Positions 1 through 14,000 of a stretch of 64,000 bases of DNA are shown here, one piece after another (position 1 is the first letter of the stretch; every line of letters begins with the position of its first letter). The stretch is from Gracilinanus agilis (taxonomy: Eukaryota): assembly GCF_016433145.1 (NCBI RefSeq), contig NC_058131.1:285242513-285306512 (forward strand). The letters are read 5' to 3'. Position numbers and translations under genes: made by a program. A model generated the notes under the pieces. That model saw only the letters and a program-made list of their open reading frames with translations. It searched no databases and was not told the DNA's origin.

Positions 1-1399
1 CAGGGAAGAGGGTTGCCTGTTGCCTGGGTTCAGGGCGCTGGGGTTGCGGGGGGGGGGGGCGATTTGGGAGCTAGACAGGGCCACCGGGCCATGAGACGGG
101 AGCCTAGAGAAAGGGGGTCAGCCAGGAGCAAGAGGTTGGAAGCTGACCAAGGATCAGGGTTAATTAGGGAGTATGGAGTTGGCTAATGAAGTCCAGAGTA
201 ATTTTGGGCAAATCAACTCCTTCTTTGGGCCTCCATGTCCATTAGAAGAGATGATAAGGTTCTTTGTAACTTTAAATCTTGTGGCTGGGGACCAGGAAGA
301 GGCAGGGGTAACTAGCAAGGATAAATTAGGGGACTGAGGCCAGAGAGAGGCAGGCCCCTCCTCCATAACAATTAATAAGACTTGTTGATTCTAATATCTC
401 TTGCATCCATCCCTTTTCACTCACATGGCCCCCACCACTTAATTAAGGCCCCCTTACCTGTAGCCTAGGCCATTCCACCAGCTTCCTAAACTGGACTCCC
501 AGTTTGTAGGTATTCTCTCCATCTCTGTCCATCCATTCTCCACACAGCTGTCAGAAAAATCTTTGTAAAGCTGTAAGGGAGCTGGGTTATTACCCTGTTC
601 AGGAAGGTCCAGTGGCTCCCTCTTGCCTAGGAAAAAATACTGCCTCCATAATGTGGCATTTAAAGTGCTCAGCCTGGCTCCAGTCCACTTTTCCAGGTTT
701 ATAGCATGTTACTGTCCCTTTATGCTCTTTAAATTATAGACAAACTGGTCTTATGAACTGATGAATTTCCTCATCTCCAAATCTAGACTCCCTAGGCCCT
801 AGCATCCCTAGCTTCCTTCATGGTTCAGCTCCTGTGCCATCTCACATACTTTTCCAAACCCCTATAATTGTTAGAATGCTCTCCCTCCTCAAATTACCCT
901 GTATGTATTTATCTGTTTATGTTTCATCTACTCTTACCCCCAAGTAGAATGTAAACTTCTGGAGGGCAGGAACTGTTTCTTGCTCCCTAAGCTCCTTGTA
1001 GGTCTTGCAAATATAGTGATGGGTTAATGCTTATTGGATTGAATTGGATTGGTTGGAATTAAGGCTAGGTAACTGGGGAAATAGAAGTTTGGACTGGAAA
1101 AGGGAGGAGAGACTTGAATACTGGAGTCAGTGATTAGAGGTTTTGGACTAATGAGAAGGAACTGAAGACTGGGAGAAAAGGTGAGGAATTTGGGGAGGAG
1201 GTTGCAGTGAAGGGAATTCCTAGAACCTGAATTGGGAATTAGAGGCCTTAGGGGCCAGCAGAATGGAAGCGGTTGGAGAGTAGGAGCTGGGACTGGACAC
1301 AAGGAGCACTAGAATGAGAGAAAGAGGAGACCAGGGCTGGGGCAAAGGCTACTAGGGGTGGGGTGCAGTTAACCAGGAATTATGAGGCAGCAGATTGTA

Positions 1400-1658
1400 G
1401 ACAGCTAGGTGGCACAGTGTATATAGAGTGCCAAACTTTGAGTCAAGAAGATTCATCATTTTTAGTTCACATACAGCCTCTAAGACACTTATGACTATGT
1501 GACCTAGAGCAAGTAACTTAACTCTGTTGGTCTCAGTTTTCTGATCTATAAAATGAGCTGAAGAAGGAAATGGCAAACCACTCCAGTGTCTTTGCCAAGA
1601 AAACCTCAAATGAGGTCATAAGGAGTTAGACATGATTGAAAAAAAAACTGAAAAACAA
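1400..1658 (+). mobile_element. MAR1-type marsupial CORE-SINE
   Basis: tRNA-like head, CORE segment, tail GAAGGAAATGGCAAACCACTCCAGT...CCAAGAAAAC; similar copies elsewhere (e.g. ~58125-58365). Confidence 0.7.
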
Positions 1659-2816
1659 TGTTTCATAGTGGATAGAGCCCTAGACTCTTGTCAGGATGAC
1701 CTCAAATTTTCATCCTGCCTCTGACACCAGCCACCTAACCCAGGGCAAGTAGGTAATCTCTCTGAATCTGTTTCATTGTCAATGCTGATTTTGTAGGGCC
1801 CCAGGAAACTCTAAGACTACGAGTTGCAGAGCAATTGTTGATTCACTGATGAGCTCCTTACACTGAAGAAATCATAGATCCAGACCCTGTCCCACCACTA
1901 CCTCCCCCAAAAAACTTGGAACAGAGCATCTGCCTTTGTTATCTCAGTCCTGTCTGACTCTTTGTGACCCCATTTGGGTTTTTGTTGGCAAAGAGACTGG
2001 TTTGCCATTTCCTTCTCCAGCTCATTTTATAGATAAGGAAACTGAAGCAAAAAGGGTGAAATCACACATCTAGTGTCTGAGGATTTGAACTCAGGTATTC
2101 CTGACTCCAGGCCCAGCACTGCCTGAAGCATCTAGCTTACAGGGTTATTATAAGAATCCAAAGAGATGATGTAAAGTGCTTCCCAAACTTTAAAGTACTC
2201 TGCAAATGTGATTTCTTCACATTTAGGACTGATTGGGGAATCAGGACTGATCCATGAGTTTTTAGTGAAAAGTTTGGAGGAAAGGGGGTCTTTGGAGATA
2301 CTAGGCCTCTGAAAATAAGGCACTGTGAAGATGGTAATAAACTTTGAGTTTTAGATCAACTGGTTAGTTAATGGATGACAACTTGGTATCTAATAGCCTA
2401 TGCAAGGTTCTATTTTCTTCAACATGCTTTTTTTGAGTCATATGCAAATATAGACAGTTATCAGATATATGCATAACATGTTGGGAGGGATAGCTAATAT
2501 GTTAGATAACAGGATCAGGATCTAAAAAAATCTCAACAGGCACAGAGAATGAGCTAAAATGAAATTTTACTCAGAAAATGTTAAGTCTTACACTTGGGTT
2601 CAAAGAACAAATTACCAAGTACAGGATAGGGAGACTTGGTTTAGCAGCAATTCACATGAAAAAGATCTTGGGGATAGGGCTGGTGCTGACCATAGGTTCA
2701 AAACAATATAATATTAAAGGGACTTTGTTTATATGGATGATGGAGCCAGTGAGAGTAGGGGATCTCTGTGGGGATGGGTGGGCCTGGGGTTTGTTAGATC
2801 TCCTTTTTAGGATTGA

Positions 2817-3278
<462 letters not shown>

Positions 3279-4573
3279 TAGTCTAACTTGAACCAGGGTC
3301 AGATGGGCATTTAACTGGTGGATTTGAATTATTTTTGATTGAAATATTAAACACTCCTGGAGATTGTGAGAATTTAACAGTAGCCTGTACTTTTTGGGGG
3401 GGTGGCACCCAAGATTAACCTTGAATTTTAAGAAGGGTGAATTTTGATATTAAGTTCGATTGGATTAGATTGCTCTTGATTGGATTGAGCTGTAACCTGC
3501 CCTACCTTCTGCTCAAACCAAGGCAATGGGGGAGGAGAAGAGTAGGCATGCTACTATGGTAGGATGCTGGAATCCATGTGACTCCCTGGTATCTGGAAAA
3601 CTTTTTGCCTCCAGTCCAGCATGAGGCCAGAGCCCTCTAACCAGAGCAGCTTTGAAAAGGAACATCAATTGGAGCATAAGTTCGAGTCCGGAGGAAAAAT
3701 TGGGTTTTTGACTGGGAATCTAGAGCTAGAAGGGTACATACATGGGCATGGATCCCAGGCTTTAAGGGATTTGCTAACCACGTGTGGCTAGAGGCTTTTT
3801 CTTTCTCTGACCTGTTTTATGATTTAGTAATTATAAATTAAGATACTTTCTAAAGAATTTTCATCTTAGACTTGGTGTTGAGGATGACAATTGTATAATG
3901 GGAAAAACTGAATTGGGAGTCACAGGACCTGGGTTTGAATCCCAACCCAGCTACTTATTCTGTGACATTAGGCAGCTCCTCTTTCCTGGGCTTCAGCTTC
4001 CTTAAATATAAATTGACAGGGATGGACCCTCCCTGACCTATGAAACTTTGTCCAACACTGTTATCTTCTAATCTGTGTGGCCTCCAGGACAGAGTGGGTG
4101 CAAGTTCAAGGATAGAGATTTGGGTTTCAGGTTTTGCTCTTAAGCACAGACTGCACTGCTACTCCTGTTCATGTGGCCAAGTGATCCTGGACAAGTTTCT
4201 TCAATTCCACCTCAGTTTCATCATCTATGAAATGGAGGAGAACAAGGCCTATCCATCTGTCCAGAGTCAAGAGCGAGGACATATGAGAAAGGGCCTCGAC
4301 AACTATAAATCATGGTAAAAAATGAGGTTGTTGTAATTGGTGGAAAAGTATGGATCACTATAAACCCACTATTGCCAATCTGGGAAACATCAAAAAGGGC
4401 ACATCACAGTGAAAGCAACTTCCTTGGTGGATCTGAGGTGCTTGCCCTGGGGAAGCTTCTGCCCCCTGAGGGTAGGCCATGTTTGTATCTCACATAGGAT
4501 GAACTGAAGAGTCACTTTCCCCTGGCTTTTTTCTCAGGATCCTCTTTATTTCCACACCATCCTCTAGCTTTAA

Positions 4574-4861
<288 letters not shown>

Positions 4862-5137
4862 TAGTTGTCAGTGCTGGTCAGCAAAGAGAATATTCGGCCC
4901 ATCTGTCTGAATGAGGGCTTCTCAAACTTTAGGATCAATTACAAAATTCATATAAAAAAGGCAGGAAAGTCCTCAGGGCCTTTGAACTCTGGTTAGAGAC
5001 AAGTCTTTATTCACAGGATTTGCCCATCTTTTGAAGATCTCCAAACACCATATTAGCCTCATCTGTTTCATCCTCATGATACTGGAGAATTAGGGAGCAG
5101 CAGAGAAAAATCCCCTTTTGTAGAAAGCAACACTAGT

Positions 5138-5344
5138 GGCCATTAGGCAGTTCAGAGGATAGAATGCCAGGTCTAGAGTTGGGAGGACATGGGTTCAAAT
5201 CTAATCTGAGACACTTCCTAGCTGTGTGACCCTGGGCAAGTAACCTTAACCCCCATTGCCTACTACTCTCCTGCCTTGGAATTGATACTTAGTATTGGTT
5301 CCAAGACAGAAGGTAAGAATTTTAAATTAAAAAAAAAAAAAAAA
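5138..5344 (+). mobile_element. SINE1_Mdo-like tRNA SINE
   Basis: B-box GGTTCAAATC, GTGTGACCCTGGGCAAGT core, GGAAGGTAAG tail and poly(A). Confidence 0.75.
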
Positions 5345-5666
5345 GGCAACATTGGAGATCTGGGTTCTAATAGCAGTTCTGTAATAAAATTGATACCTGA
5401 CTGGCTATATTCCATCTTCTAATGGCCTGTTCCCTCCTGTTAACAATTGTGAAGTAATCATACTCACCTTACCCTGCCTTCTTCACAAGGTTGTTGTATT
5501 TGGCCATTAAATAATGTTTCAATGAGTGTAGGGAAAATCTAGGTTTCAGACTTCCATGTCCTGCCTCCTAGTTCTGGGTTGTATCCATGCACTGTCAGAT
5601 GAGAGCGAGACCCCTCTCTCCTACCTGTCTCATCTATGGTCTACCCTCCTTGGTTCTGGATTCCAG

Positions 5667-5794
5667 CAATGCTGGTGGGGAGCAAATCAATCAGCTAGCG
5701 CTGGATGCTTGGCGGGCCCGCAGGGACCGAGAAGAGCTCCAGCTTCAGGATCTAGAACCAGCCATCTCTAGGGCCATCGTGGACAATCCCAATC
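5667..5794 (+). CDS. TOR2A: Torsin-2A exon 4
   Basis: ttccag/gtaagt, 128 nt, phases match neighbours; (S)NAGGEQINQLALDAWRARRDREELQLQDLEPAISRAIVDNPN. Confidence 0.95.
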
Positions 5795-6088
5795 GTAAGT
5801 CTGCACCTGTCTATTCACCTCACTTCCCCGAGCCCCTACCCAGAATGGGAGACAGAGCTCAGAACTGAAACAGTACCAGTCATTTGGGTCTCAGATCTTC
5901 CCTGTTCCCTCTCTTCCTCTTGTATCCTCAAGATATTATAGGATGGGGGACCCAGGACCTAAAGCCACCCAATCCTCAAATGGCCCAGCTTGGCCCTCCA
6001 TTAACTTTAGCTCAAAGCTAGAGCAGATCACCCTGTTTAGTCCCCATGGTTTTCTTCTTGAAATGTTCTAGGCTTGTTCTCTCAGTAG

Positions 6089-6385
<297 letters not shown>

Positions 6386-7142
6386 CTGGGCAGGGACATC
6401 TCCCTTCTCTCTGCCCCAGTTGACCTGCCCTGGAACTCTGCCTGGGAGCTGTGGTCCAGATTTGCTGCTGGCAGAATGACCTTTGCCCCCGATCTTCCAC
6501 AGAGTGTAAGCAGGGCAGACCCGTTAGCCCAAGGAGCCAAAGGCTAAAGGCAGACAGGCAATTCTAGTTTCTGCTCTTTTGGGTACTTTCCAGACTGAGG
6601 GTGACAGAGGTACGGGATAGGGAAGATGTTGCTCTGCTGGCTTGAGGACATCTTGGCCCCTTTTGCCCTCCTGACCCTCACTAGAGTCCACCACCTCCAA
6701 TACCCAGAGCCCTTGGCCAAAATACAATTTCATCTGAGCCAATTCCAATTCCCTTTCTCCCAACCCAATCGTGAGCCTTATTTAAATTGATGCTGTGATT
6801 TAATGACTCAGGAACCACTTCTGTCTGTCATCTACCCCACCCCCGCCAGGCTCATGACCCCTCTCCAAGCTTGTGAAGAAATCTGTCTCCCTCTTCCCTA
6901 TATCCATGTAGACATACATATATGTACATATTCACCCCCCCCTTCCCTCCTTCCTCCAGTCCTGATCTCCCCATTCACTGCCTGGGGGAAGCCAAGGAAC
7001 TTAAGTCCCAACTATCTTCCCAGCTTCCCATCCCAGCAGGCACTGCCTCAGTCTGGCAGACTTTCTGCTCTTTGTAACAGAGTCTGGTTTAAATGTTTTT
7101 AATTTTGTAATGAATGAAAGTGGGTGGGGGGGGGGAATGCAA

Positions 7143-7148
7143 AATAAA
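7143..7148 (+). terminator. Probable TOR2A poly(A) signal AATAAA
   Basis: AATAAA ~760 nt after the TOR2A stop; none noticed earlier in the 3' UTR by eye. Confidence 0.6.
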
Positions 7149-9376
7149 CTTATTTAAGGGACCAGGGAAAGTATGTCTAGGCTTTATTGCTCTGGCAAGA
7201 GAAATCTTGACTGTCTAGAAAGGAGGCCAGAAGCAGGGACTAATAGAGTAGATTGACAGGCCAGAGGCCCAAGGCGGTAGAGTGAGCTTCCATCAGTGTC
7301 AAGTGGTCTATCCCATAGACCTTCTATCCCCCCAGAATGCTAGGCTGGATATGGACTGTGCCCACCTGTCGAGGTTCAAGAAAGAGGAGCCAGTTGTCCA
7401 CACACTGGTTCAGGAAAAGACCATTATGGTTTTGCCTTCACTTTGGTCTATGTGTCAGCAGTCTTGGCCTCCCACGTGGAGGTGTCCCCTATGAAGACAT
7501 CAAAGTGCATAAAAGAGGCCTGCTTCTCTCTTTGCAGATAGTGGTCGAGTTAAGCCCCTAAGAGGGAGATGTTTCTGATCATTCAGCATGTCATGCTTTA
7601 TCCCCAGGAAAGCCAACCCTACCCAGTCCCTTGCTTCATTCTCCCTACTTGGCCTAAGGAGTTGATCTCTAGGATTTCCCATCATAAGTTGAGAGGAGGG
7701 CCAGAAGACCCAAGAGTCCTTGCTGTCGACCCCAAGTAGGAATGCTGCTTGGGTTCTAGAGGGTGCTGACTCAGGGACCATGGAATGGTAGCTCCTGAAG
7801 GACCTTTGGGGTCCAATTCAGCCTCCTCCCTTTACTGCATGTCTAAGTACAAAGCACTCGCTAGCTTCAGAGTCAAAAGGCTTGCTTGGGTTCAGATTCT
7901 GGCTCTAACACTCGCTAGCCCTCCCACTGGGAGTCTGTTTCCACGTTGGTCAAAGCAAAATTACACTTGAACTGCTCACCTCAGAGGAATATAGATAAGA
8001 GTTGGAAGGGACCTCCTTTTATAGACAAGGAAATGGACTCAGAGAGACTGAAAACCAGGTCTAGAGGCAGGAGGTCCTGGGTTCAAATATGGCCTCAGGT
8101 ACTTTCTAGCTGTGTGACCCCAGTGCCTAGTCCTTACCACTCTTCTGCCTTGGAGCCAATAGTTAGAATTAATTCCAAGACAAAAGCTAAAAGTTTTTAT
8201 TTCTTTAAAAAAAAAAATGTGGCATAGTAGAGGCCATGGACCCAGGTCCCAGCTCTGCTACCTTTGAGCTCTATGTACTTTTCTGGGCCTCAATTTCCTT
8301 ATCTGCAGAATGAGTATAAGGATCCTTGTTTCCCACATTTATTGTGAGGATCTAAAAGCTTTGTAACCTATAGAGCACCAAACAGGCCCTGTTCTCCACA
8401 CTTCATTGCCTCGTTGTGGTCTAGGGGTATCCCTGGGGACTCAAGAATGTGCCAGGAGTTCATGGACCCCACACTTTGGCAGATTAAGTATAGGCCTGGT
8501 GGCCAACAGGCTGACTATGGGCAGAAAAGCCTGTGGTGATAGAAGAGCTCTGTCTATCTTACAGTGTTATCTACATCCATGAGAGTGATTTGTTGTAAAT
8601 AAGGCAACTGAGGTGTAGAGAGGGGAAGTAATTGGTGACAAACATTGCAGGGTTAGACATTTGTTAAGGAAAGGAGCCAGTGCTCAGTTTGCCCCATCTA
8701 TTGAGGGAGCCCTTGGTTCAGAACTTACCAATAACAACTGAGTCCTCTGAGGACCTTCGAGGCATTTCTGTTTTCGAGGCTTGCTTCAGGTTGCTCTTGC
8801 TTAGAGACTGCCCCTTAAGGAATCACAGAATCTCAAAGTTGGAAGAGTCCTTGGAGATGCAGGTCCCAACCACCCTCTTTCTCAAGGCAGGAATCCAGCC
8901 CTCCCCTGGAAGCTACTTTCTCATTTTCCATTGCTAGATGGCTCAAATGGTTTGAAAGTTCTTCCTTATGTCTAGTTAAAATTAGTCTCCCTACAACTTT
9001 CAAATATGGATCCCAGAGCAAGCCTAATACTCCCATGTGACAGCCCTTCAGATACCACATCCCCAGGCAAGTTTTCTCCAGGCCAAACATCCTTTTTTAA
9101 TCCTTTTGGGCATTTTTGGAGGCCTTCCCTAGCGTAGCCACTCGCCTTTGAACATGTTTGTCTGTCAGTACTTCAAGGATCTCCAGTTTTGCAAGTGTGG
9201 CTGCTTAAAGTCCACCCAGACAAATAGAGTTTAAACCAACCATGTAAAACTGTGAGTTGGCAATATACTGTGACTTAGTATAATGAGAAATGCCCTCTAG
9301 GCAAGCTGCTGATTGAACTGTGTTCAGTTGAACTAGACCAGTCCTTGGATGACAGACAGGCTGGCTGCTGCTGGGC

Positions 9377-9469
9377 CTATTTTGGAAATCTTTCTAGCTT
9401 GGTAGATCCTACCAACGTTTGTTTTCTTGGCACAGCCTCAGATAGCCCAGTGTCACCTCTACACCATGA
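9377..9469 (-). CDS. Possible alternative last exon of TTC16 (SWCRGDTGLSEAVPRKQTLVGSTKLERFPK*)
   Basis: Strong acceptor ctctcttacctag; in phase with an internal GAG|gtggat donor at 9811 in the preceding exon; no homology support. Confidence 0.3.
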   Translation of the reverse strand, partial: SWCRGDTGLSEAVPRKQTLVGSTKLERFPK

Positions 9470-9747
9470 CTAGGTAAGAGAGTGGGATGTTAGTGGAGTC
9501 TATCAATGTCCCTCTTACAATGAGGCCTGAGCTGCTCCTAGCTGTGTGACCCTGGACAAGTCACTTAATCCCCATTGTCTAGCCCTTACTACTCTTCTGC
9601 CTTGGAACCAATACACAGTATTGAGCCCAAGATGGAAAGGTAAGGATTTTTTATTAAAATGAGGCCTCAGTCCTGAAGCCTTAAAAGTGTGGTGCTACCA
9701 CCTTAATCCTCTGATCATAAGACCTTTAGATATGGGGGAAACAAAGG

Positions 9748-10006
9748 TTATCTTCCCTCCCTAGATCTGAAATCTGCAAGGAGTGAGGTCCCAGGGAGCA
9801 AATCATCCACCTCCCTCCCTCTCCTTGCCTCCAGCCTTATTGTGGAAATCAAAGGACCCTTGACCTTGGGGCCCAGCTTTGTTGTGGAAATCGAAGGACC
9901 CTTGTCCTTGGGCCCCATCTCTTCAGAGTCAGGGACCTGCACCGGAGGGCGTGTGGTGTCTTGCCACGTTTTTCTTTCCTCTATGGGAATACTTTTGTCC
10001 AGAAGT
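9748..10006 (-). CDS. TTC16: TTC16 exon 12 (C-terminal; may instead splice out at 9811)
   Basis: cccttcccacag acceptor, phase 2 matches exon 11; (R)LLDKSIPIEERKTWQDTTRPPVQVPDSEEMGPKDKGP...SREGR-TAA; divergent, so the 3' end is uncertain. Confidence 0.6.
9832..9915 (-). repeat. 42-bp (14-aa) coding tandem duplication in TTC16 exon 12
   Basis: GPKDKGPSISTTKL / GPKVKGPLISTIRL. Confidence 0.85.
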
Positions 10007-10267
10007 CTGTGGGAAGGGAATATCAGGTGATCTCAGAGTTTTAGCAGCATTCTTGACCCCCGGTATTTGTTTGAATCAGTTTTCACCTATATGGTGGGAT
10101 TCATCCGGCTTCCTAGTCTGCAGACGTCCCCCAAATGCCTAATGGTAAACTTGGACCCCATTTTCTTCACCAGGCAGGCTGATCCCCCCTTCCCCGTCCT
10201 TATGCCACCCCCTCCCCAATTCAGCATGGCCATCAGGATAAGGGCTCTGGGATGGGATGAAGCTGAC

Positions 10268-10407
10268 CTCAGAACATTCGAGGGAGCCTGGCGAAGATTG
10301 TTCTGAATTGCCCGATCCAGGATGGCTCTGGCCATCACCATTGTCTTGCTGTTCATCAAGTCCTCTTTGGTCTGGCCCTGGAAGAGGTTCGATATCATAG
10401 AAGGCAG
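10268..10407 (-). CDS. TTC16: TTC16 exon 11
   Basis: cctcacag/gtcagc; LPSMISNLFQGQTKEDLMNSKTMVMARAILDRAIQNNLRQAPSNVL, resembles human LSLLMTNLFPG... Confidence 0.8.
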
Positions 10408-10799
10408 CTGTGAGGAAGGAAGAGAAGGTGAACAGAGAGACTGAGATTTGGGATCCCAAAGTCTTGCCTGGGGAAACTGGACTCTTCCTGTACAACTTGT
10501 AGCCTTGAAAGGAGCATCCTTGTAATCAGGTGTTATTAGAAAAAGCCAAGGTTCTGTGGCCATGGCTGACCATCTAAAATCTCTGGGAAATGCAGAATCA
10601 CCACCTCTGTTCTAATAATCCCCAAACACTTTTCTTGCATCTTTTCTCCTCACTCTATCTTACATTTAATTGTGGACGGGTCAAGCCCCATGGACAGGAA
10701 TCATAATTTCAAAAAGATCAGTGCTTTGCCCAGGGCATGCGTCATCTGAATATCACTGAATCAGGCCAGGCTGGAAGAAAGCAGGTGTGCACCTCCCAC

Positions 10800-10965
10800 C
10801 TGGGGGTGCTGGGGGTTGAGGAGCAGCATGGTGGCAACATCTTGACGAGCCCCAAAGAAATCCTGCAGCATTAGGCGGCTCCTGGCCCGGAGGAAGTAAA
10901 AGTTGGCTTTGTCTGGGCCATATTCAATGGCCGAGGTGAAGTATTCTTCAGCCTTGTGGTATTGT
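10800..10965 (-). CDS. TTC16: TTC16 exon 10 (TPR)
   Basis: ctttctag/gtggga; QYHKAEEYFTSAIEYGPDKANFYFLRARSRLMLQDFFGARQDVATMLLLNPQHPQ. Confidence 0.93.
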
Positions 10966-11075
10966 CTAGAAAGAGTGGAAAGAATTAAACTTTGTGGAAG
11001 CCAATGGAGCCATGTCTGAACCCAAGCATGAAAACTAACCTTAGTCTGGTGTGCTTTAGGTCTGAAAGAGGTCTA

Positions 11076-11290
11076 GGGGAGCAGCTAGGTGACTCAATGA
11101 AGAGTCAGGCCTGGAGACAGGAGATCCTGGGTTCAAGTTTGGTCTCAGGCCCTTCCTAGCTGTGTGACCCTGGGCAAGTCACTTAACCTCCCATTGCCTA
11201 GCCCTTACCACTCTTCTGCCTTGGAACCAGTATGCAGTTTTGATTCTAAGGTGGAAGGAAAGAGTTTAAAAAAAACAAATACAAAAAAGA
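11076..11290 (+). mobile_element. SINE1_Mdo-like SINE
   Basis: Full head-core-tail structure ending in an A-rich tail. Confidence 0.75.
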
Positions 11291-12195
11291 GGTCTGGGGT
11301 GATTAGGATATTGTTAGGCTTAGTGGGAAGCTTCTTCCTTCCTGATTCTTGGTCCTGGAATCATCATCGGTAGCTTCCCAGCTGTGTGACCTTGGACAAA
11401 TTACTTAACCCCCATTGCCTATCCTTTACCAGTCTTCTGCCTTGGAGTCAATATTCAGTATTGATTCTAAGACAGAAGGTAAGGGTTTAAAAAAAAAGAC
11501 TTCATGGAAGACACCTTGAAGAAGAGGAGAGATTTCAGCAGCTCAAGGGGGATGAGAGAAAGAAGCTATCCTGTGCATGAATAAATAGTGTATAAACTCC
11601 TTGAGGGAAGGGATTGTATCATTTTTCATCTTTGTCTTCCCAGATCCTAGATAAGGTTTTGTACTTAGCTTAAATAGAAGACCATAGATTCAGTGTTGGA
11701 AGGGACCTTAGGTTAAGTACACTCCTCTCAAGTTACAGATGAGGAAACTGAGGCTGAGTTGATAAATGAATTGCCCATATTCACACACTAATAAATGTAA
11801 GAGGCAGAATTTGAACCCATGTCTTCCTGACTCCAAGTCCCACATACTATCCAAATTAAACTGGAAAACCGAAGCTTAGGTTTCCCAAAGAGATATGGAG
11901 CACCTTTGCTGGGGTTGGGGTGGGGGACACAGGATGAGGAAACATAGGAGTCCCCTGAAGGCCAGCTCTTGGGCTACCATGTCTTAAAGAGACCATAACT
12001 GGAAGCAACTAGAAGGCAACATCTTGGGAAGCTGGCAGGAAAAGTCAGTGGCTCGGCCCCCCTGGAAAGGCTGCCCCAAAATTTGCCTGGCTAGCCCAGT
12101 GCCAGGCCAAATCATCCTGGAGAAAGGGTTTGTGAAGATGCTTTGGCCAATGGCTCTTCCCTGAGCCTCACTATTACAGCCTGGCCCCCACATAC

Positions 12196-12337
12196 CTCAT
12201 CTGATGCTTGCGAAGCCCCATCTTTTCCTTAAGCATGCCCATGCGGTACCGAGCACCCTGGTCCCAAGGGGACAATGCCAGAGCCTCCAGATAATCAGCT
12301 TCAGCAAAGGTCAACTCCCCAAGCTTGAAGAAGCAGT
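12196..12337 (-). CDS. TTC16: TTC16 exon 9 (TPR)
   Basis: ttcctcctag/gtatgt; (D)CFFKLGELTFAEADYLEALALSPWDQGARYRMGMLKEKMGLRKHQM. Confidence 0.94.
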
Positions 12338-13532
12338 CTAGGAGGAAAGGCAGAGAGGGAGGAGGGAAAAAGCGCCTGGTCTCCTCGTCCAACCCAGGCC
12401 CCTCCTGCTCCTGCTCCGACCACTGGTCAGCCCCTACTCTATTCGCTTTTCTGGACCTTGGGCATTCTCCATTTAGCTCCCGATTAGGATTGTGTTCTCC
12501 TCTTCTTAGGGCCTCATTTGCACCTCCCACTCAATTCACTTGGATTTGGTCCACACAGAAATCCTCCTTGGTGGCCTTGTTACCCTCTGCTCCCCACTCC
12601 CAGATTCAAGCCAAGCTTGGGGAATTGTGGCAGGCTAGGGAAAAGGGCAAATGGAGGCTACGGCTTGTGAACATGTCTGAGCACATGCCTGAGCCTTGTC
12701 CCCTTTCCAAAGTCAAAGACCACTGATTTTATGATCAGCTGTATTTCTGGACTGTCCCAGTCTCTTCCTTCTATTGAGGCAAATAATGAAAAGCTCTGTG
12801 TGCGAGAGGCAATTGCCAGAAAGCTGGCCTTGGGAGCTAGGAGGAGATCTGGGCCCAGATCCCTCCTCTGACCCATCCTTGCTGGGTGACCTCTCAGTGC
12901 CCCAGACTGGAGGCTATCAATCACCCAGCCAGGACCAGTCCAGATGGGCAGAGAGGATTTTCCCCTTGGAAGCTTCACAATGCCAGTGAAATCACAGCTC
13001 TGGGTCTGGGTACCTCCCTCCCACTCCAGATCCTCTTTGTTTTGACAAGGAACGAGTACACTATGGATCTGCGAGTTTGTCGTGTGGGATGCCTCTGCTG
13101 ATGCAGATGGCAGCCCCTCTGTGACTTGGTGAAGAGGCTTTGAGAGAGGCCATCCTGGCCACAGGCATACAGGCTCTTCACTGTGGCCAGATGGGCACAG
13201 CCTTGGAGCTCTGGGAGTCTGTGCCCTCTGCACCACAGGGATGAGGGGAGGGCCCAATCTAGTAGTTAAAATCTCCAGCAGGATGACAATAAGCACTGCA
13301 AATCTGAGGAGAGGGGCAGCCAGGGAGGGCTTCCTATATGAAGTAGAATGTGAGCTGGATCTCACAGGACCCATTAGGCCTTAGATGAAGAAGAGAGACG
13401 AGGAGGTCAGGAGCAAAGGCTGACTTCCAGAAGTGAGGGTGTGAGGGGGGCAGGACTAGCTAGAAGGGACACAAATGTGGAGGGGAGGCAGCTAACTACT
13501 GGAGGCAAAGGAGCTTTAAAAATGAGAGAGCC

Positions 13533-13725
13533 GGGGCAGCTAGGCAGCACAGTAGATAGAGCACCTGGCCCAGAGTTAGGAGGTCCTGGGTTCAAATCTG
13601 ACCTCAGTCACTTCCTAGCTGTGTGACCCTGGACCAGTTGCTTAACCTTGACCGCCTGGCTCTTGTCACTCTTCTGTCTTGGAATTGATACTAAGACAGG
13701 AAATAAAGGTTTCTAAAGAAATAAA
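13533..13725 (+). mobile_element. SINE1_Mdo-like SINE
   Basis: GGGGCAGCTAGG head, B-box, core, A-rich tail. Confidence 0.72.
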
Positions 13726-14000
13726 CAATAAGAGAGCTGCCCATCCAATGAGTAGCACACAAGATGCTTAGACCTGGGGCTGGAGAACCTGCATCTGGAG
13801 CCCCAATCTGCTGCTGCTTTCTTTCTGGGGGTACCTAAACTGAAGTCACTCAATGTGTCTAAGATGCAGAATGAGGGGAGGCCTCAAGACCATTCAGGTC
13901 CCTTCTAGCTCTCAGTACTCTGAAACCCTTGCCATGCCCCTTTTCACAAGATGGGGTGCCCCCTTCTTCTCCACCAGGAGGGTCCTCAGGGCCTACTCAC

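Noticed and set aside
5138-5344. A/B-box-like motifs (GGTTCAAATC) suggesting tRNA genes, here and at many other sites
   Set aside because: They are tRNA-derived SINE heads followed by CORE sequence and A-tails. No cloverleaf was found.
10087-10138. 52-nt AG...GT segment in TTC16 intron 11
   Set aside because: It contains an in-frame TAG in the required phase. At most a poison exon, with no evidence.
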